DNA of 64,000 bases. Origin: Candidatus Acidiferrum sp. (GTDB taxonomy: Bacteria; Acidobacteriota; Terriglobia; Acidiferrales; UBA7541). The stretch covers positions 8,074 to 72,073 of the forward strand of contig DATGIS010000105.1 of NCBI GenBank assembly GCA_035295625.1, read 5' to 3'. Made by a program: the position numbers and the translations under genes. Below are positions 58,708 to 64,000 of this stretch, piece by piece; the stretch's first letter is position 1; each line of letters starts with the position of its first letter. The notes beneath the pieces were generated by a model. The model did not search any database and was not told the origin of the DNA. It saw nothing but the letters and a program-made list of their open reading frames with translations.

Positions 58708-59607
58708 ATGCATGCTGACGTTTCGTTCGCGGCCGCGTTTCTTGCGGGACTCGTTTCGTTTCTTTCGCCTTGCGTGCTGCCGCTCGTGCCCGGTTACATT
58801 TCGATGTTGTCCGGCGTGGGGATGGAACAACTGCGGCAAGGCCAGCAGCCGCGCGGCGGACTTTTTGCTTCGGCGCTTTCGTTCGTCGTCGGATTTTCCA
58901 CCGTCTTCATTTCGTTTGGAGCCTCGGCGAGCGCGGTTGGTTCGTTCTTGCGCGAAAATCGCACGACGCTTGCGCCGATTGCCGGTGCGCTGATTATTTT
59001 ATTCGGTCTGCATCTTTTGGGCTGGCTCATCAAGCTCACGTTTAAAGTCGGAATTATTATTGGAGCGGTTCTCGTTGCGCTCGGAGTTGTTTCGCTCGTC
59101 TACCGCGATCCACTTTTCTTTCATCTCGGCGCGGTTCACTTTTTCTCGCTTTCCGTCGTCGGATTTTTTGGCCCGACGCTCGCGCGCTGGCTGAATCGCG
59201 ACGTGCATTTGCGCAGCACGTCAAAGCAGCCGGGAATCTGGAGTGGATTTTTACTGGGCTTTGCGTTCGCGTTCGGGTGGACGCCGTGCATCGGACCGAT
59301 TCTCGCAACGGTACTGGCGCTTGCGGCGGCAAGCGAAACGATTTTTCGCGGCGTGCTTTTGCTTGCCGCATATTCCGCGGGGCTCGCGATTCCGTTTTTG
59401 CTCACCGCTGTCGGCATCGGACAGTTTCTCAAGTTTTATCAACGCTTCCGAAAGCATTTGCACGCCGTCGAAATATTCAGCGGCGCGTTGTTGCTCTTTG
59501 TCGGCGGATTGATTTTTGTGAACCGGCTGACCTGGCTCGCCGGAAAACTCGGCGCGTTGAACACGCTGGTGCTTTGGCTTGAAAAAGCAGTAACGGGCGG
59601 GAAGTAA
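58708..59607 (+). CDS. ccdA: CcdA/DsbD-beta transmembrane electron transporter
   Basis: SFLSPCVLPLVPGY and FGWTPCIGPIL. Confidence 0.9.
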   Translation: MHADVSFAAAFLAGLVSFLSPCVLPLVPGYISMLSGVGMEQLRQGQQPRGGLFASALSFVVGFSTVFISFGASASAVGSFLRENRTTLAPIAGALIILFGLHLLGWLIKLTFKVGIIIGAVLVALGVVSLVYRDPLFFHLGAVHFFSLSVVGFFGPTLARWLNRDVHLRSTSKQPGIWSGFLLGFAFAFGWTPCIGPILATVLALAAASETIFRGVLLLAAYSAGLAIPFLLTAVGIGQFLKFYQRFRKHLHAVEIFSGALLLFVGGLIFVNRLTWLAGKLGALNTLVLWLEKAVTGGK

Positions 59608-59675
59608 AAAAGAAATTCCAAGTGACGGGTATACTGGAAATGAACAGAAAACGGCGGAAAGGGTTGGAGTCCTTC

Positions 59676-60200
59676 ATGCGGAGACAGTTGTTTCTTTTTT
59701 CGTTGATGGCCGTGCTCGCCGTGGTTGTGGTCGGCTGCAAGCACAAAGCAAGCGCGAACACGGGAGGCCCGACACAAGTCGTCATCAAGAGCCTGGACGA
59801 CAAGGATGTAACGGTCGCGCAATATCAGGGCAAAGTGGTGCTCGTAAATTTTTGGGCGACGTGGTGCGAACCCTGCAAGATCGAAATTCCGGAATTGATT
59901 CAGCTCCAGACAAAATATGAGCCGAAAGGGTTTACGATTCTCGGCATCGCGATGGACGACGAAGGAAAGAGTGTCGTCGCTCCCTTTGTGCAGACGAAAC
60001 GCTATGATATCGGCGGCGGGCAGCAAGTGCCGATGAACTATCCGATTTTGATTGGCAGCGAAGAGATTGCCAACAAATTCGGTGGCTTGCTCGGCTATCC
60101 AACCACCGTTTTGTTCGGCAAAGACGGGAAAGAAATTCATCGCACGACTGGCGCAATTTCATACGACGAATACGCCAAACTGATTGAGGGTCACCTCTAG
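59676..60200 (+). CDS. TlpA/ResA-like thiol-disulfide oxidoreductase lipoprotein
   Basis: Lipobox VVGC; VNFWATWCEPC; GYPTT. Confidence 0.9.
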   Translation: MRRQLFLFSLMAVLAVVVVGCKHKASANTGGPTQVVIKSLDDKDVTVAQYQGKVVLVNFWATWCEPCKIEIPELIQLQTKYEPKGFTILGIAMDDEGKSVVAPFVQTKRYDIGGGQQVPMNYPILIGSEEIANKFGGLLGYPTTVLFGKDGKEIHRTTGAISYDEYAKLIEGHL

Positions 60201-60204
60201 AAAA

Positions 60205-60537
60205 ATGCTGGAAGAACGCGATTTTCAGAAAAAGTGCGATGCGGCGCTGGAAGATCTGAAGCGGCGAATGTTGACTGCCGGCGACGAACACGGTTTTGAC
60301 GTGGAAGGCGAAAGCGGCAAGCTGGAAGTGCTGTTTGAAGAGCCGGAAGAAGCCAAGTTTGTAATTTCGCCGAACACTCCGATGCGGGAGATTTGGATTT
60401 CCGCTCTCTCGACCAGCTTTAAGTTGAGATGGTCGGAAACGACAAATTCGTTCGTTTTAGAAAAGACCGGCGAGGATTTGCTGGGAGTGATGGGCCGCGT
60501 AATTTCGGAACAGTTGGGCAGCGAGGTGAAGTTGTGA
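60205..60537 (+). CDS. cyaY: Frataxin-family iron donor
   Basis: Acidic N-terminal helix; FVISPNTPMREIWIS. Confidence 0.8.
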   Translation: MLEERDFQKKCDAALEDLKRRMLTAGDEHGFDVEGESGKLEVLFEEPEEAKFVISPNTPMREIWISALSTSFKLRWSETTNSFVLEKTGEDLLGVMGRVISEQLGSEVKL

Positions 60538-61064
60538 AAAAGTTTTGCCTCTTGGCGATTTGGATTTTCGCCGCATTCAGCTCGCGCACGACAAACGCGC
60601 AGATTCCAAATGCCAAAGACGTTGTGAGTTCGACTGCCTACACGTCTTTCGATCCTGTTGCGAGCGGCAAAGAGTTTCAAATCGCGGTCGTGCTGAAAAT
60701 TCGCGATGGATACCACATAAACGCACGTAAAACGACGCTGGAGTATTTGATCCCCACAGAACTGCGCGCGGAATTGCCAGTGGGCTACAAAGCGAGCGAA
60801 GTGAGTTATCCCAACGGGACACTGAAATCCTTCGCGTTTTCGCAAACGGAAAAATTGAACGTCTACACCGGCACTGTGACGCTGCGCTTGAAAGTGACAG
60901 CTCCGGCCGAGGCCCCGCTTGGCGCACAACACATTCCGCTGAAACTCCGCTACCAAGCCTGCAGCGAATCGGTTTGCCTGCCGCCTGTCCGCCAAGACGT
61001 CGACGCATCGTTCGCAGTTGCGGCCGTCGGCAAGCCGGCCCACGCCGAAGTTTTTAAACACTAA
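60534..61064 (+). CDS. Stand-alone DsbD N-terminal (alpha) domain protein
   Basis: Signal peptide; GYHIN, YP, VYTG, LRYQACSESVCLPP. Confidence 0.85.
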   Translation: MKKFCLLAIWIFAAFSSRTTNAQIPNAKDVVSSTAYTSFDPVASGKEFQIAVVLKIRDGYHINARKTTLEYLIPTELRAELPVGYKASEVSYPNGTLKSFAFSQTEKLNVYTGTVTLRLKVTAPAEAPLGAQHIPLKLRYQACSESVCLPPVRQDVDASFAVAAVGKPAHAEVFKH

Positions 61065-61100
61065 TAGCTATTTCTTCTACAGCTCTGCCAGACTCAATCC

Positions 61101-62723
61101 ATGTTTGACGGAAAAATTCGCCGGTGGATGGTTGTTTCTGCGTGCGTTCTTCTCGTTCTCATAGCGGGAATCTCTTACGTTTCCTGGCGCGCGCACCACA
61201 TGGAAGAAGATCTGCGGAAAACGGTGGAGCAGGAATTAAGCGCGAAGTTCCAGAGCAAAGTGGAACTGAAATCGCTGCGTGTACATATTTTCCCGCGCAT
61301 TGGCGTCGTGGGCGAAGGCCTCACCATGCGGCATCACGGCCGCACGGATATTCTTCCGCTGATTCAGGTGGAACGCTTTTCCTTTACGACTGGTCTTATG
61401 GGGCTGATTCGCCCGACTAAACACATTGACGTTGTCCACGTGGACAAACTGCAGATCACGCTTCCACCGCGCGGCGAGAAGAAGAAAACGTTGGAAGACG
61501 CCGACAAAGAAAAAGAAGTGAATTCCAAATTGCCGAAAACGATTCTGGACAAAGTGGTCTGCCATGACGCAGATATAGTGACAACTCCGACCGAGCCTGG
61601 CAAAGAGCCACTCGATTGGGAAATTCACAATCTCGCTCTGGACGATGTGGATTTTGAAAAGCCGTTTGCGTTTCATGGCACTCTGACCAACGGAAAACCG
61701 ATTGGAGAAATTGCAACGCAGGGGCAATTCGGCCCGTGGAATGCAGAAGATCCAGGAGATTCTCCTGTCGCCGGAGAATATACGTTCAAGGATGCGGACC
61801 TCGGCCCATTTCCGGGAATTGCCGGAACTCTTTCCTCAAAAGGTCAATTTGACGGTCCGCTGAACGAGCTGCAAACCAAAGGCGTCACGGACACGCCGAA
61901 TTTTTCTCTGGATAAAGTTGGAAAGCCTGTTGCACTTCACACGGAATTTGAAGCTTTGGTGGATGGAACGAACGGCGACACGTTTCTGCATCCGGTGCGC
62001 GCGACGCTGGTGAAGTCTCTGATCATTGCGGAAGGAAAAGTAGTGCACGTGCCAAAGCAGGGGCATTTGACCACGCTCGACGTCAGCGTTCCGCAAGGGC
62101 GCATTGAAGACATGCTGAGTCTTGCCATCAATTCAGACAAATCGCTGATGACCGGCCCGGTAAGACTCAAAGCAAAAATGACTATGCCACCGGGTAAAGA
62201 AAAGGCACTGCAAAAGCTGATCCTCGATGGGAATTTCGGCGTTGAAGATGCGAAATGGTCGAGCAAGGAATTGCGTGAAAAGCTGGAGTCACTGAGCCGG
62301 AAAGCGCAAGGAAAACCGGAAAATGAGGACGCAGGGAGCGCGGTGACGGACCTGCGGGGGAATTTTCATCTGGAAAAAGGCGTGATTGAATTTCGCAGTC
62401 TGACGTTTGGAGTCGAGGGCGCGTACATCGATTTGGCGGGAACGTACGATTTGAATGGCGGAGCGCTGGATTTAAAGGGACACCTACGGATGCAGGCGAA
62501 GCTCTCGCAGACGGTGACCGGAGCAAAATCTTTTTTCCTAAAAGCATTCGATCCGTTTTTCTCAAAAAACGGGGCCGGAACCGAACTTCCGATCACTATT
62601 ACGGGGACGCGCGTGAAACCTGTGTTTGGCGTTTCGGTGTTTCACAAAGAGATCAAGAAAGAAGTGAAGCCAGGGCCAACTGAAAAAGAGAAGGCGCAAA
62701 AACCTGAGGCTATCAGCTCGTGA
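61101..62723 (+). CDS. AsmA-like protein
   Basis: N-terminal TM anchor; beta-rich; C-terminal LAGTYDL...LPITITGTRVKP. Confidence 0.7.
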   Translation: MFDGKIRRWMVVSACVLLVLIAGISYVSWRAHHMEEDLRKTVEQELSAKFQSKVELKSLRVHIFPRIGVVGEGLTMRHHGRTDILPLIQVERFSFTTGLMGLIRPTKHIDVVHVDKLQITLPPRGEKKKTLEDADKEKEVNSKLPKTILDKVVCHDADIVTTPTEPGKEPLDWEIHNLALDDVDFEKPFAFHGTLTNGKPIGEIATQGQFGPWNAEDPGDSPVAGEYTFKDADLGPFPGIAGTLSSKGQFDGPLNELQTKGVTDTPNFSLDKVGKPVALHTEFEALVDGTNGDTFLHPVRATLVKSLIIAEGKVVHVPKQGHLTTLDVSVPQGRIEDMLSLAINSDKSLMTGPVRLKAKMTMPPGKEKALQKLILDGNFGVEDAKWSSKELREKLESLSRKAQGKPENEDAGSAVTDLRGNFHLEKGVIEFRSLTFGVEGAYIDLAGTYDLNGGALDLKGHLRMQAKLSQTVTGAKSFFLKAFDPFFSKNGAGTELPITITGTRVKPVFGVSVFHKEIKKEVKPGPTEKEKAQKPEAISS

Positions 62724-64000
62724 GGCGGTCCTTGGAGATAGGTTTCATCAGCCAGGCCTCGCCCCACATGAAGTCCGAGTTCTCAGGAACGTGGGTGGTC
62801 AACGTAAGCGGCCCTTTCGGGTTGCGGTACACCCGCAGAGTGAGTGCTTCGCGCTGATTGCAAATCGTCTCCACGACCGAACCGTCGACAATCATGCGGA
62901 AACTATGCCACTTCGGGTCAGTGTGTGAGATATCAAAGGTCACATCATTCATCTTCATGTGCGCACCAGACTCGAAGAGAGAGAACCCGACTGAAAGCCA
63001 TGCTCCGGCTGAGTCGCTGAGCGTGAAAGACCAAGGATGCCTGGCAGAGATCCAAGCAAGTTCAAAGGCGAGGTTCTCCAGCTTGATGCCTTCTATTCTG
63101 ACGTTCGGAGCATCGGGGGTGATCAGATAACCGGTTTTGAGGGGAACCGGAGCGCGTTGTAGCGACATAATCTCTCGAGGAAAGTTCATTTCAAGACTGC
63201 CATCTGCGGCAACCGCGAGTTCGCGAGGGAGGGCCATGCAGCCGGCCCAGCCGGCGGCGATGAGTTCGGAGTCGGGGCGTTTTTCGGGGATCCAGCCCCA
63301 GAGGATGCGATTGCCTTTGGCGTCGAGTTGGGTTTTTTGGGCGTAGTAGGCGCCGTGGTCGAGGACGCCGCGTTTTTGGGTATGGAAAACGAGCTCTTTC
63401 GAATCGAGTTCGCCAACTTCCCAGATGACTTGTCCGGCGGTGGAATAAAGCAGAACGTGTTTTTTGCCGAGCGGAAAGAAATCAGGACATTCCCACATTT
63501 CGCCGGAGTCGACGGGATTGGTGTTTTCTTTTTCGGCCCAGTGGCCGGCGGCAAGCGGATGAAGATATTCCCAGTTGCGCAAATCTTTTGAGCGATAGAG
63601 AAGAACGCGGCCGCCGATTTTGAATTGGCCGGAGGCAACGCCGAGATACCAGAGATTCGAAGATTCATCGCGCCAGAGAAAAGGATCGCGGAAGCCGGTG
63701 AGTTTGGGATCGTCGGGAGGCTGGATGACGGGATCTTTCCATTTGTTCCAGGTGCGGAGCTGGGGATCGGAAGAGGTGGCGAGACACTGCGTTTCGCGGA
63801 AATTGTGGTGGCCGTCGCGGAGCGTGGCTCGTTCGAACGGCGCTTCCTGCACGCCGGTGTAGAGGATCGTAGCGGTTCCATTGTCGTTGACGGCGCTGCC
63901 GGTGAAGCAGCCGTCGGCATCGGCCCAACCCGGCGTCGGCGCGAGAGCGATGGGCTGGTGGCGCCAGTGAATCATGTCTTCACTGACGGCGTGGTTCCAA
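62713..64000 (-). CDS. Glycoside hydrolase family 32 (beta-fructosidase-like); 5' end beyond the window
   Basis: WNHAVSEDMIHW, FTGSA, FRDP, WECPDFF, ILWGWI, ALPREL. Confidence 0.92.
   Translation of the reverse strand, partial: WNHAVSEDMIHWRHQPIALAPTPGWADADGCFTGSAVNDNGTATILYTGVQEAPFERATLRDGHHNFRETQCLATSSDPQLRTWNKWKDPVIQPPDDPKLTGFRDPFLWRDESSNLWYLGVASGQFKIGGRVLLYRSKDLRNWEYLHPLAAGHWAEKENTNPVDSGEMWECPDFFPLGKKHVLLYSTAGQVIWEVGELDSKELVFHTQKRGVLDHGAYYAQKTQLDAKGNRILWGWIPEKRPDSELIAAGWAGCMALPRELAVAADGSLEMNFPREIMSLQRAPVPLKTGYLITPDAPNVRIEGIKLENLAFELAWISARHPWSFTLSDSAGAWLSVGFSLFESGAHMKMNDVTFDISHTDPKWHSFRMIVDGSVVETICNQREALTLRVYRNPKGPLTLTTHVPENSDFMWGEAWLMKPISKDRLTS

Overview
64 kb of GC-rich bacterial chromosome. 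The Oar-type TonB-dependent receptor, the DinB/DUF4440/DUF3108 proteins and the long LptD suggest Acidobacteriota (inference). Left to right: (1) a polyamine locus with a class III aminotransferase and TonB receptor divergent from a MerR-XRE-cupin regulator and potDABC; (2) secreted hydrolases; (3) an MBL hydrolase-PilZ fusion and a CDF exporter; (4) a type IV minor-pilin operon with a candidate sigma54 promoter; (5) a large surface-polysaccharide locus (three GT4s, a transglutaminase-like membrane protein, AsnB, carbamoyltransferase, WecA, nucleotide-sugar enzymes); (6) lptD and an amidase; (7) a RelE/ParE toxin-antitoxin module; (8) a sigma54-driven three-gene phospholipid operon; (9) a split DsbD-like ccdA-tlpA-cyaY-dsbD(N) operon, AsmA and a partial GH32. 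I saw no rRNA, tRNA, CRISPR array, transposase or integrase. The most unusual signals are not ordinary genes. One is two diverged copies of a non-coding element made of three units at a 39-bp period, with concerted unit substitutions, each downstream of a promoter-like site. The other is G/C strand skew that ignores gene orientation and flips every ~15-20 kb. All counts and alignments were done by eye; no searches were run.
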